Source: Smithellaceae bacterium
Lineage (GTDB): Bacteria; Desulfobacterota; Syntrophia; Syntrophales; Smithellaceae
Reading direction: 5' to 3'
NCBI GenBank assembly: GCA_963682015.1
Contig: OY820932.1
Span: 3,034,618-3,098,617, forward strand
DNA length: 64,000 nucleotides
In this document: positions 39,440 through 47,976 of the stretch, in pieces
How positions within the stretch are numbered: position 1 is the stretch's first letter
How the letters are laid out: each line of letters starts with the position of its first letter
Notes under the pieces: generated by a model
Databases searched by the model: none
Told to the model about the DNA's origin: nothing
Seen by the model: only the letters and a program-made list of their open reading frames with translations
Translations under genes and position numbers: made by a program

Positions 39440-40072
39440 TTAACCCCGGTCGAAAAGGCTCATCAGCGCGTATTTGAATTCCATCACCTGCTGGACGAGG
39501 GCAAACAGCCAGACCGCAAAAAACATGATTGCCGCCTGTCCGTAGCCGGGCCAGACGGCCTGGACGCTCTGCTCGTAAGGCCGCAGATCGATCCGCACCA
39601 TGCTCAGCACACGCACCAGTGCAATCGCCGCAAAAAACGCTCCGAAATAAAGCAGAGCCTGGTAAACCGCCAGGTTGACGGAGGTCCTGGCCGGTGTCAG
39701 CGCGACGCGCAGCAGCATGGGCACGAAAAAAAGAAGAAACAGCGCGCCGAATTTCAACCCCATGCCAAACCATACCCCCGCCAGCATGCCCAGTGGCAAT
39801 ACAATCAATAAAAACAGCATGCCGACTGTCACGGCCAGACCGGCCGGGCCTGTTTGCGCAACTTCCCTGAACCCCTGAATCAGCGCCGGCCATCGTTCAT
39901 GCCCGCCAACCATGGCCAGCATGAAAACCACGGGAATCGTGGCCAGGCAGGCAAACATCAGCATCCGGGTATAGCCGATGTTTTCCGCGTGCCGGACGAC
40001 ATGCGCGACCAGCGAATAAATATAATATCCTGTAATCACCAGATTAACTAAAACGGCGATGCGCTGCAACAT
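39440..40072 (-). CDS. Hypothetical integral membrane protein
   Basis: Six hydrophobic segments. No family recognised. Confidence 0.4.
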   Translation of the reverse strand: MLQRIAVLVNLVITGYYIYSLVAHVVRHAENIGYTRMLMFACLATIPVVFMLAMVGGHERWPALIQGFREVAQTGPAGLAVTVGMLFLLIVLPLGMLAGVWFGMGLKFGALFLLFFVPMLLRVALTPARTSVNLAVYQALLYFGAFFAAIALVRVLSMVRIDLRPYEQSVQAVWPGYGQAAIMFFAVWLFALVQQVMEFKYALMSLFDRG

Positions 40073-40133
40073 GATGTCACCTCTACCCGTAAATCGCGGG
40101 CGCCTCCCTGCGGTTAATGCGCCTGCAAAGAGC

Positions 40134-40787
40134 TCAACGGGGTTGCTTCGCGTTATCCGGCGGAGCGCTTTGCAAGACGCGCCTGCCGGTCATCTTCTCA
40201 AAAGTACCGACAGGATTCGTAAATATCTTTTCTTTTCCCTGGGCCTTGATGAATTGCCTCAGGTTTTCCGTTTTATCCGTTATCCGGACACATTTTGTTT
40301 TCCTGTTTGATTCCGGATCCTTCTTCTGCGTGATTTCACCTTTTAAACGTCCCTCCAGAATGGCTTTTTCCAGCACTTCTTCATCCCAGTTGCTTAAAGA
40401 CAGATGATTATCGTCGGGAAAACTATACAGGACAAAGATATAGCCTTCATATTTCCCCTCCGGCAGCACCGCCGACTGGACATTGAGAAAACGGTCCTGG
40501 TCGATCGTGGAAGGGAAGGTTATAAACGCGGCATTGGACAGCGTTCCATCGCGCCTGTGTTCAACAAGCTGGATTTCGGTCAGGTTGCCTTTTCCCTTCC
40601 CGATGTGCAGATAGGCCTGGCCGCTGTCCGTATCCGTTCTCCAGGTGCCGGCAAGCTTCTCGTCAAATTTCGGATTGCCGGCGTCCGAAAGCGGGTATTG
40701 CGATGTCGTCGGGCAGCATCCAAAAAATATCAACGGCGCCGCCGTCAGCAAAATCAAAAATGCTTGTCTTAAATTGATGTGAATCAT
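40134..40787 (-). CDS. Hypothetical lipoprotein
   Basis: The start at MIHINLRQAFLILLTAAPLIFFGC (lipobox) avoids overlap with the upstream gene. Confidence 0.45.
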   Translation of the reverse strand: MIHINLRQAFLILLTAAPLIFFGCCPTTSQYPLSDAGNPKFDEKLAGTWRTDTDSGQAYLHIGKGKGNLTEIQLVEHRRDGTLSNAAFITFPSTIDQDRFLNVQSAVLPEGKYEGYIFVLYSFPDDNHLSLSNWDEEVLEKAILEGRLKGEITQKKDPESNRKTKCVRITDKTENLRQFIKAQGKEKIFTNPVGTFEKMTGRRVLQSAPPDNAKQPR

Positions 40788-40836
40788 CACCGAAACCTCC
40801 CTGCAAATCCGGCGCTCAATAAAAAAGGTGAGCATG

Positions 40837-41394
40837 TCAAGACAGGATTTTTTTCCGAATTTCCTCCGTGGAGACAACGCCTGCATAAATTCCCGATAAA
40901 GCGGCCAGGAAAGCCGCATGCACCTGAACGGCTTTGACCGTTTGTTTTTGAAACGTCAGATCTCTTGTCGCGCAAGCATCGTGGCTGATTGTACAGGTAA
41001 AGCCCAGATCAAAGGCTGCCCGCGCGGTTGCATCGATGCACATGTGGGTCATTGCGCCGCAGATCACCAGGTGCCTGCTCTTCGTCTCTTTCAAAGCTTC
41101 GAAAAGAGGAGTATCACGGAAACTGTTTGGATAGTTCTTCACAATGACCACTTCATCGTTTTGAGGAGCAACCGTCTGATGAAAGGCGGCACCCGTCGTT
41201 CCCGGCAGAAAGAAGGTTGCTCCGGGACGGATCGAAAGATGCTGAACATGAAGGACCGGTGACCCGGTTTCCCGAAACCTGTTCAGGAGGCGCTGCGCGT
41301 TCGCCGCCGCTTCTTCCATCCCGGCAAGCTCCATGTTCCCGCCCGGAAAATAGTCATTCTGCAGATCAATCAGCATCAGACAAGCGTTGTTCAT
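40837..41394 (-). CDS. Isochorismatase-family cysteine hydrolase
   Basis: LMLIDLQNDYF and the catalytic GAMTHMCID motif. Confidence 0.8.
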   Translation of the reverse strand: MNNACLMLIDLQNDYFPGGNMELAGMEEAAANAQRLLNRFRETGSPVLHVQHLSIRPGATFFLPGTTGAAFHQTVAPQNDEVVIVKNYPNSFRDTPLFEALKETKSRHLVICGAMTHMCIDATARAAFDLGFTCTISHDACATRDLTFQKQTVKAVQVHAAFLAALSGIYAGVVSTEEIRKKILS

Positions 41395-41468
41395 TGTATC
41401 CCCGCCTTTCTGTAAGGACGGAAAAACCAGGGCGCAACATGAGCATCACGAATCCCGGTTTGGCCGCC

Positions 41469-41855
41469 TTATCGCTTTTGTTTGATTCCCCTCTCTTTCA
41501 GAACCGCTTTGTATGGTAATAACTCGAATTCCCGATTATACCACTGAATCATCCCATTCTGACGACTGACCCGATAGCGGTCTACAATTGGATAGGTGTC
41601 CGGATCTCCGGGACAGGAACGATCATGCTTTTCGTGAATGGCGATATCGAAATAGGTTTTCGCTTCTTCCTCGATCCGGAAGGACAGACAGGACAGGGTT
41701 GTCCACTCATCGTAGAGCTTGTCTTTTGTAATTTGTTTTATCAGGATATCCAGGGCCTGCCGGTCAGTGAGGGTTGTTGCGGCATGGAGAGACACGGCCG
41801 GAAGGATGAACGACAAAACGAAAACGGCGATTAGAAAGAATAAAGTTTTTTTCAT
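41469..41855 (-). CDS. Hypothetical secreted protein
   Basis: Signal peptide. No family recognised. An attC-like half-site lies just upstream. Confidence 0.4.
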   Translation of the reverse strand: MKKTLFFLIAVFVLSFILPAVSLHAATTLTDRQALDILIKQITKDKLYDEWTTLSCLSFRIEEEAKTYFDIAIHEKHDRSCPGDPDTYPIVDRYRVSRQNGMIQWYNREFELLPYKAVLKERGIKQKR

Positions 41856-41990
41856 GGCGCTTGTTTTTCTCCCTGCGGATTTTGAGCGGCCCGCGATCGG
41901 CTGTCAGGATACTGCCGGATACAATGATCTTTCATGCCGCCGAATATTGAATGCATGGGATTGCTTTCACCAAAGGCAATGGTGCCGCTT

Positions 41991-42134
41991 TTATCTGATT
42001 TTTCCTTCCCCTACAGGCTTAACATCTCCGGGATTGCCCATAGCCAGTCTTTCAATTCTCACCTGTATTCGAGCACGAGCTTTAATATTTTCCATACCAT
42101 CAATCCACTCAGCGAATATTTCGGTTTTGCGAAT
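41991..42134 (-). pseudogene. Fragment of a HigB/RelE-type 'addiction module killer' toxin gene
   Basis: The minus frame reads IRKTEIFAEWIDGMENIKARARIQVRIERLAMGNPGDVKPVGEGKIR*. This resembles the N-terminal two thirds of that family. It has no start codon, being bounded by TGA upstream and a premature TAA. Confidence 0.4.
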
Positions 42135-42200
42135 TCAATCAGGGCATTACTGTGGCCTATTGGCTACACTTTGTCATTAGATTCTTGAATGAATTCTTAT

Positions 42201-42257
42201 GTCCAACGACGAAGTGAGCCGGGAGCAGCGCCCTGTCCCCATTATCTCTTGTTCATG
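42201..42257 (-). repeat. attC-like site (weak)
   Basis: The minus strand reads CATGAAC...GTTGGAC. The internal pairing is weak. It lies downstream of the PNPOx cassette. Confidence 0.35.
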
Positions 42258-42304
42258 ACCATTTTGTGCACTTTTGTGGCGTGGATTGCTACTGCCTTTT
42301 GTTA

Positions 42305-42676
42305 TCACCAGGTTTGAGTAGCAGATTCAATTGTTACGGCCAGGGTGGCACGTAACCAACTGAACTTCTCTTTCATAAAATCATAATCAGGGCCGGATGT
42401 AATGAAACTCGCCTTTCCCTTGATCAGGAAACCGGCCCCCGGTCCATGCAAGCCCTTAACCTTGCTGCTCCCCAATGTTATCAGCACATTGGGGTTGCAG
42501 GCAATGTTCGCCTCTGTCTTATGCATGTAACCTGCCGGAATGAACAATCGTCCATCTGATGATATTCTGAGATAGCTATTCCAGGTGTTGACCATATGCG
42601 GCCCATCAGGCCCCAGGGTGGCGATAGCAACAACTCCGTCCTTCTTCATGATTTCCTGCAGTTTCTCTGGGATCAT
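42305..42676 (-). CDS. Pyridoxamine 5'-phosphate oxidase-family (FMN-binding split barrel) protein, integron cassette
   Basis: GVVAIATLGPDGPHMVNTW and the size and pattern of small PNPOx-like proteins. Confidence 0.65.
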   Translation of the reverse strand: MIPEKLQEIMKKDGVVAIATLGPDGPHMVNTWNSYLRISSDGRLFIPAGYMHKTEANIACNPNVLITLGSSKVKGLHGPGAGFLIKGKASFITSGPDYDFMKEKFSWLRATLAVTIESATQTW

Positions 42677-42706
42677 TGTACGTTCCTCCTAATTGCCTAG
42701 TCTGCT

Positions 42707-42767
42707 GTTCAACCAAACGACGAAATCAGCCGGTGCGTAACGCTCGGGTGCATTGATTTTGTTACCC
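42707..42767 (-). repeat. attC site
   Basis: The minus strand reads GGGTAAC...GTTGAAC. The relE stop codon (TAA) lies inside the R'' box. Confidence 0.55.
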
Positions 42768-43058
42768 ATTATTTTTAGGTTCATTAGGTAATTGAGCGCC
42801 ATGCCATACCGCCACAATCCACACATTATTATCTTTAACCTTATAGAAAAAACGATAGGGATTTACAATAATTTCACGAAAAGAGAGTTCCGGAAATTCG
42901 GGAAGAGGTCTTCCTGATTCAGGAAACTTTATGAGCCGAGATAGTGATTTTTCTGCTTTCTTGCGGAAGCTAATAGCAGCAGACGGCTTATCGCGGTTAA
43001 TGTAAGCGATAGCCTCAAGAAACTGGCGGCGTGCGGTAGGTGTAAATAATATTCTCAA
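42762..43058 (-). CDS. RelE/ParE-family toxin
   Basis: The ~98 aa product ends ..YRFFYKVKDNNVWIVAVWHGAQ, typical of ParE/RelE. It overlaps the antitoxin stop by 4 nt. Confidence 0.8.
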   Translation of the reverse strand: MRILFTPTARRQFLEAIAYINRDKPSAAISFRKKAEKSLSRLIKFPESGRPLPEFPELSFREIIVNPYRFFYKVKDNNVWIVAVWHGAQLPNEPKNNG

Positions 43059-43336
43059 GGATTGTTAGCCTCAAGATAACGATCAGCTTCTCTCAACACT
43101 TCTTCGAGATCATAGCCTTTCCCCACTGCTATTTCTTTTTCGCCTCTGGCAAGTAAATGCAAAATATCTATTTCATGCTGTGTGTTTGTATAAGCTTCCA
43201 TGCTAACCATAACAGCCGCCGCTCTGCCGCGCTGAGTGATAAAAATGGGTTCTCGCGAAGATGAAACATTCTTTACTACTTCGCTGGCATTTTGCCTAAG
43301 ATCGGATATGGGAATAATTTTTGGTGCGCTTGCCAT
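43055..43336 (-). CDS. Phd/YefM-family antitoxin
   Basis: IPISDLRQNASEVVKNVSSSREPIFITQRGRAAAVMVSMEAY is the YefM fold signature. Confidence 0.8.
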   Translation of the reverse strand: MASAPKIIPISDLRQNASEVVKNVSSSREPIFITQRGRAAAVMVSMEAYTNTQHEIDILHLLARGEKEIAVGKGYDLEEVLREADRYLEANNP

Positions 43337-43412
43337 TGGTTGTACCTCCTATTGTATCGTCTATGGTACAATTAATTTAATCATTAGTCAATGATATCTT
43401 TTTAATATTTAA

Positions 43413-43448
43413 GGGTAACGGCGGCGCTAAGCCGGAGCGGCGCCCCAG
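43413..43448 (-). repeat. attC site, R' half (the other half is at 45376-45388, split by the IS1182-family element)
   Basis: GGGTAAC GGCGGCGCTAAGCCGGAGCGGCGCC on the plus strand carries the array-wide AGCCGGAGC core. The matching GTTGTGA box follows the IS at 45382-45388. Confidence 0.45.
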
Positions 43449-45375
43449 GAGAAGATAGGGGACGGAGAAGATAGGGGACGAGAAGATAGGGGACGTACTT
43501 AAAAATATGATTCCTGAGAAGTAACTCTTGCGATAGTAGTGTTGGTAATATAAAAGAACTCATGTATAAACGAACGAACCCACAACAGACGCTATTCGGT
43601 ATAGATACGCAACTATCTGACAGTCTATGTAAACGTTTACAATCTTCATGGGCGCACTTTTTCAAAGTCGAGATTCTTCCCATTCTATTTCGTCAAGAAG
43701 ATCAATACGCATTTCTTTATGGGAAAACAGGCCGTCCCAATTTCAGCATTGCACGCTTGCTGGGGTTGTGCCTGTTGCAAGAATCAAACAACATGAGCGA
43801 TCAGGAAGCCTTGGACGAATTCAGTTTTGACATTCGCTGGCGATACGCGCTGGACATCAACGAAGAAGACGATTATCTGTCCCGCCGTTCTTTGGTGGAG
43901 TTTCGCCGCCGCCTGGCCGCCAAAGACCCCGAGATGAAGTTGGTGCGAAACGTCTTTGACAGCATCCGGGATTCGGCGCTGAAAAAGCTGGAAGTGTCCA
44001 CAAAGGACCAGCGGCTGGATTCCAGCCACATCATTTCCAACATTCGCATTCGCGGGAGAATGTCGCTGTTTTCCGATACCCTCGACGTATTCCTGAAAAG
44101 CCTCAGTAAAGAACAGATGTTGCCCGTCCCCGAAGACATTCGAAAATGGCATACCACCGAATCCGAAGGCTGGTTTGGCCTTGGGCCGGCGGATCAGAAA
44201 GTGAAGCTAGAAGAACTCGCCTGGTATGTCTACACCCTGATCACTATCTTTGAGCAAGATGAAATCGTCAAAGCTACCGAGCCCTACCAGTTACTGACAC
44301 GCCTGTTTTCGGAGCAGTGCGAATATGAGAAAGAGCCGAATACCAATACCGATTCAGATACGAACTCCAGGATAACGGTTAAGAAAAGGACGGAGGGAAT
44401 AACCCTTCAATCGCCCTATGATCCTGATGCCTCATACGGGCACAAGGGTTCGGGATACAGCCTTCATGTCGCCGAAACCTGCAATAATTCCGATAAACCG
44501 GAAATCATCACCGACTACGAAGTCCATGGCGCGGGTCGATCGGATATCGGCAAAGCCCTTCCTGTTATCGAACGGCTTAGCGAAGCAGGCATGAAACCGA
44601 AAACGCTTTTTGCCGACGGCGGTTATCCCTCGGTTCCATCCGCCCTGAAAATCACCGAGCAACAGGTCGAATTTATGGCGCCGGTCAATCGGGCTCGTCT
44701 GGCAGGCGATGTTGTCGGCAGACATCAGTTCGAATACGATTCAAACGGCCATGCTACAAAATGCCCGATGGGGCATAGTCCAATCGATCACCGTGTCCTC
44801 AGCAGCAATAACAAAACTAACCGTTCGCTCCATGCCATCTTTGACGGCGATACTTGTCGTGCATGTTCGATGCTGGATCAATGCCCGGTGCGTGCTCCCA
44901 ACCATCGCGAGCGCGGCTGCCAGGCGCAGGACACCATCGGCGACTTCCGATTGGAGGTCACTGCAGAACTGCGATTGAGAGATCAGATGTATGCCGATCA
45001 ACAAACGCTGCAATGGAAAGAGCGTTATAAAATCCGTTCCGGCATTGAAGCCACTTTTTCTGAGTTGAAGCGGTCATACGGTATCGGGAAACTCCGTGTC
45101 CGCAAAATGGTTAAAGTCCTCTTCGCCGTCTCCTGCAAACTGATCGCTTGCAATATCAAGAGATGGGCCAAGACCCATTTGGCCTTTTTCAGAGGTATTT
45201 TTCAGTGGTTTATGTACGCGATGGAGGCTCTTTTAAGAAATGCTAAAACGTCTGTGCCCGAAAATCAGTGTTCATGCGCATGGACGTTTTTATGACTTCA
45301 AAAAAGGGGCCTTACTTCTCAGGAATCATATTTTTAAGTACGTCCCCTAGTGTCCCCTGTCCCCTAGTGTCCCCC
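43447..45375 (+). mobile_element. IS1182-family insertion sequence
   Basis: Perfect 36-bp terminal or sub-terminal inverted repeats lie at 43489-43524 and 45312-45347 (GGGGACGTACTTAAAAATATGATTCCTGAGAAGTAA). Additional TAGGGGAC repeats sit outside them at both ends, so the outer boundaries are +/-10 nt. Confidence 0.75.
43562..45295 (+). CDS. IS1182-family DDE transposase
   Basis: An N-terminal DUF772-like region and a C-terminal KIRSGIEATFSELKRSYGIGKLRVRKMVKV motif typical of IS5/IS1182 transposases. Confidence 0.8.
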   Translation: MYKRTNPQQTLFGIDTQLSDSLCKRLQSSWAHFFKVEILPILFRQEDQYAFLYGKTGRPNFSIARLLGLCLLQESNNMSDQEALDEFSFDIRWRYALDINEEDDYLSRRSLVEFRRRLAAKDPEMKLVRNVFDSIRDSALKKLEVSTKDQRLDSSHIISNIRIRGRMSLFSDTLDVFLKSLSKEQMLPVPEDIRKWHTTESEGWFGLGPADQKVKLEELAWYVYTLITIFEQDEIVKATEPYQLLTRLFSEQCEYEKEPNTNTDSDTNSRITVKKRTEGITLQSPYDPDASYGHKGSGYSLHVAETCNNSDKPEIITDYEVHGAGRSDIGKALPVIERLSEAGMKPKTLFADGGYPSVPSALKITEQQVEFMAPVNRARLAGDVVGRHQFEYDSNGHATKCPMGHSPIDHRVLSSNNKTNRSLHAIFDGDTCRACSMLDQCPVRAPNHRERGCQAQDTIGDFRLEVTAELRLRDQMYADQQTLQWKERYKIRSGIEATFSELKRSYGIGKLRVRKMVKVLFAVSCKLIACNIKRWAKTHLAFFRGIFQWFMYAMEALLRNAKTSVPENQCSCAWTFL

Positions 45376-45473
45376 AAAACGGTTGTGACGGTCAAAAAGA
45401 TAATACCATTTATGCACGGTGAAGGTAACAAAATAAATCCGGTCTTTAAGCTGCTTTCCAATGCGCACGGATG

Positions 45474-45552
45474 GCATAACATAGCCTTAACTTTTCTTTT
45501 ACTGGTTTTGCTGTTTCAATCTTTCAGATTGAAACAGCAGGAATCGTTTACA
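45474..45552 (-). repeat. attC-like site (tentative)
   Basis: The minus strand reads TGTAAAC...GTTATGC and encloses a perfect 12-bp stem (45510-45521 / 45527-45538). It lies 10 nt after the stop at 45562. Confidence 0.35.
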
Positions 45553-45561
45553 AGGTGTTGC

Positions 45562-45990
45562 TCACTGGCAAGATTCCCAGTTAGAAATTTTTTCAAATAC
45601 AACTTTGCCTTCGATAGAAAAGCATCTAGTTTGAAAGATGCAAACCAAATTATTACTTACGTTTGGGCCGTACTTCATACCAAAGTCCCTTTGATGTATT
45701 ACCTTTCGCTCACATCTTACAGGTCTACTTTGCTCTTTTGTGTCGGATGATGATCGGTTCCTTGTTTCAGCCTCAGATCTTATTCGTTCACGTTCCTGCC
45801 TGATTTGTTCACGATCTTGCTCAGAAAGTTCCTTATAGGTTTCCTTCGAGGAACAACGTTTCATCCCATCCTGTGGAGTGCTGGTGATAATTTTATCGCC
45901 GTTCGAATCTTCACAGACATATAACTCCCCGGCAGGAACGGGGCTTAAGCAAAAGAAAAGTAAAATCATGACCCAAAATGTTGTTTTCAT
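45562..45990 (-). CDS. Hypothetical secreted protein (DUF4124-like N-terminus, charged tail), cassette
   Basis: Signal peptide MKTTFWVMILLFFCLSPVPAG, then ELYVCEDSNGDKIITSTPQDG. The K/E/R-rich remainder has no family I recognise. Confidence 0.4.
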   Translation of the reverse strand: MKTTFWVMILLFFCLSPVPAGELYVCEDSNGDKIITSTPQDGMKRCSSKETYKELSEQDREQIRQERERIRSEAETRNRSSSDTKEQSRPVRCERKVIHQRDFGMKYGPNVSNNLVCIFQTRCFSIEGKVVFEKISNWESCQ

Positions 45991-46228
45991 ATGATCTCTC
46001 TTTTCAACGAAGTCTTTCTCAAGCATACTAATATCTGTGCCTTTCGCTTCAAGAATTATGCTTCTGACAAATTTACGATGATCGATGATTTTCTTTTAAA
46101 GTTTGGGTGACAATATACAATTTGCCGAAAAGAATGCAAGAAAAAAACGGGCAGAAAAAAACGGGCAACAGGTCATAGATGAAATTTGAGGATGCCCCAC
46201 GAATTCTGATTGCTGGTTCAATCTTTCA

Positions 46229-46419
46229 CGGGCTGTTGCCCAAACTATACCCTATTGAGCGGCCATTGAAAGCGTTTTGAAATATAATCTAGGCGAAGCG
46301 AAAGATCAGCGATGAAAACTGTCTGAGCCGAATGCGAGTTTTTTCATCGTCTGAAGCAAGCCTTAGATTTATACAAAACGCTTTCAGGCAAGAGATAAGG
46401 GTATTTGGGCAACAACCCG
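46229..46419. repeat. ~190-bp imperfect palindrome
   Basis: The arms CGGGCTGTTGCCCAAACTATACCC..AAAGCGTTTTGAAATATAATCTAGGC and GCCTTAGATTTATACAAAACGCTTT..GGGTATTTGGGCAACAACCCG enclose a second hairpin, GATGAAAA..TTTTTCATC. Confidence 0.6.
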
Positions 46420-46840
46420 AAAATGATCGAACCGACAGAAGTAAGTTTTTCACAGTAGAAGCAAAATCAAACTATTTTCTTTCCATTTCAATCTATTTTC
46501 GGATTCCGGCATCCGCGGGAAGGACGAAAATGGAATTTAGATGCAGATGTTGAGTGCCAAGACATCGTGGACACTCAAAGTTAATTAACGCAGTTTGTAT
46601 CGAAATTCCTCGACCTGGGTTTTATCCAGGAAGAGCTTTAATTTTTGTTCTTTGACATTTACGGTAGCTATTACGTATTCATATTTCAATTCGGGTGGCA
46701 CGAGAAAAGTCTCGCCAAATATGTCCACTTTTAAATTGCTCCGAATGAGACGGACGAAATGATACCGACCAATTTCCGGTTTCTTTAACGGATGCTTTGG
46801 CGGATCAGCTTCTTTCGGAAAACGGAAGAAAAAAGTAGAA

Positions 46841-47625
46841 AAAAGGGGACGGTTCTATTTATTACCTTTTTCCCTATCTTTTCCGCCTTCTTCTTTCCTT
46901 GGACGTCCACGCTTTTTGATCACGGCTTCCAGCTTATAGCGTTTCTGAACTCTCTGTGCAAAGTCGTTGCCTCCGTATATCGTCCTGCGATCCATTGCCC
47001 CGCGCATTGATTCATTTTTGAGCTTCATATGCTGAACAAAGGAACGGTATTCTTTTCTAACCGATTCATCCGTCGATAGTTGATCAAAGATGATATGATG
47101 ATCGATCAGATCATCTCTTTTCCCGCAGGCATTTGCCCGGTAGCTGCTCCACGGATAATCCTTTGGGTCCCTCACCATCCCGGCCCTCACAGGATTCAGC
47201 TCGACATAGCTGCCACAGGCTAGAAGATACTCGTCTTTGGAAATAATGATGCTCTTAAACCTGTCCTGCCAGAAGTGGCCTGAATATTTATATTTCTTTT
47301 TATAATGCTGAGCGTAAGAGAGGTTGATCCCCTTCATGATCTGAGAGAGATTACCGCCCTCTTGCGTGGCTTCCATGACCAGATGGACATGATTGGACAT
47401 CAAAACGTAATGGTAAAGTTTATACTTGTATTGATTTTTATATTTCCTGAGAATTTCAAGATATTTCCCGAAGTCTTCGTCATCACAAAATACATCCTGC
47501 TTGTTATTCCCGCGCGTCAGGACGTGATAGACAAACTCTTTTGGAGCTATTCTTGCTGATCTCGGCATGAAATTTTATTACCAAAACCAAGCCTTCCTGT
47601 CAATAAATAGAACCGTCCCCTTTTT
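46841..47625 (-). mobile_element. RayT (REP-associated tyrosine transposase) unit bracketed by 23-bp perfect inverted repeats
   Basis: AAAAGGGGACGGTTCTATTTATT at 46841-46863 has its exact reverse complement at 47603-47625. Confidence 0.6.
46855..47568 (-). CDS. IS200-like Y1 (HUH) transposase, RayT type
   Basis: YHVLTRGNNKQDVF, MSNHVHLVME (HUH) and YVELNPVRAGMV..YPWSSY motifs. Confidence 0.8.
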   Translation of the reverse strand: MPRSARIAPKEFVYHVLTRGNNKQDVFCDDEDFGKYLEILRKYKNQYKYKLYHYVLMSNHVHLVMEATQEGGNLSQIMKGINLSYAQHYKKKYKYSGHFWQDRFKSIIISKDEYLLACGSYVELNPVRAGMVRDPKDYPWSSYRANACGKRDDLIDHHIIFDQLSTDESVRKEYRSFVQHMKLKNESMRGAMDRRTIYGGNDFAQRVQKRYKLEAVIKKRGRPRKEEGGKDREKGNK

Positions 47626-47627
47626 CT

Positions 47628-47701
47628 CTTAAACGCCAAACGCTCCGGGAGCTTTGGTGGCTCGCAGAGCGTTTGGCTTACCGACTAACGGATTGTTGGG
47701 C
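47628..47701 (-). repeat. attC-like site
   Basis: The minus strand reads GCCCAAC...GTTTAAG. The internal arms GCCAAACGCTC / GAGCGTTTGGC are perfect 11-mers. Confidence 0.45.
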
Positions 47702-47976
47702 TGCTAATTTAAAAAGTGCGAAAGATTGTTGACACTACCAGCTTCGCAGGCTGGGAACGTCACTTGCCACGGCCATCTCTGTGGCGATAAGCCGCAAAGG
47801 GCCGTGGCGGCTGGCGAAGACGCTGGCAACGCAGACCGGCATGACGAATCGATGGTTAAAGGATCAAGGGTTGTTGTCTGTAAAAGACTTGTGGGTGAAC
47901 ATTCACTACCCGGCTAAGGCCCGGTAATCTCTGTGAACCGCCCGGTGCGGACCCGCATGCCGGGTGGTGTGGGGGC

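Noticed and set aside
40788-40919. N-terminal 44 residues of the 261-aa ORF, overlapping the isochorismatase gene.
   Set aside because: The internal Met at 40787 gives a canonical lipoprotein signal peptide and removes the 83-nt overlap.
41395-41468. A possible additional attC (GCCAAACCGGG...CCCTGGTTTTTC) that would make the isochorismatase gene a cassette.
   Set aside because: The terminal boxes fit RYYYAAC/GTTRRRY poorly, and the next intergenic region (40788-40836) has no attC-like structure. I kept it only as a note on the uncertain array boundary.
43449-43495. Three 16-nt-spaced repeats (GAGAAGATAGGGGAC) that could look like a mini CRISPR or tandem array.
   Set aside because: There are only three units with essentially no unique spacers, and they are mirrored at the other end of the IS (45348-45375). 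They are transposon-end sub-repeats, not a CRISPR array.
43402-43683. 93-aa minus-strand ORF spanning the left IS1182 end.
   Set aside because: It runs from the IS interior through the terminal repeats into the attC. It is a chance read-through with no RBS or family.
46332-46553. 73-aa plus-strand ORF.
   Set aside because: It starts inside the ~190-bp palindrome, has no RBS, and has odd composition. The palindrome explains the sequence better.
47726-47917. 63-aa ORF, and its twin at 53173-53394.
   Set aside because: Both are alternative-frame readings of the 3' end of the intron RT gene (or of its truncated copy).
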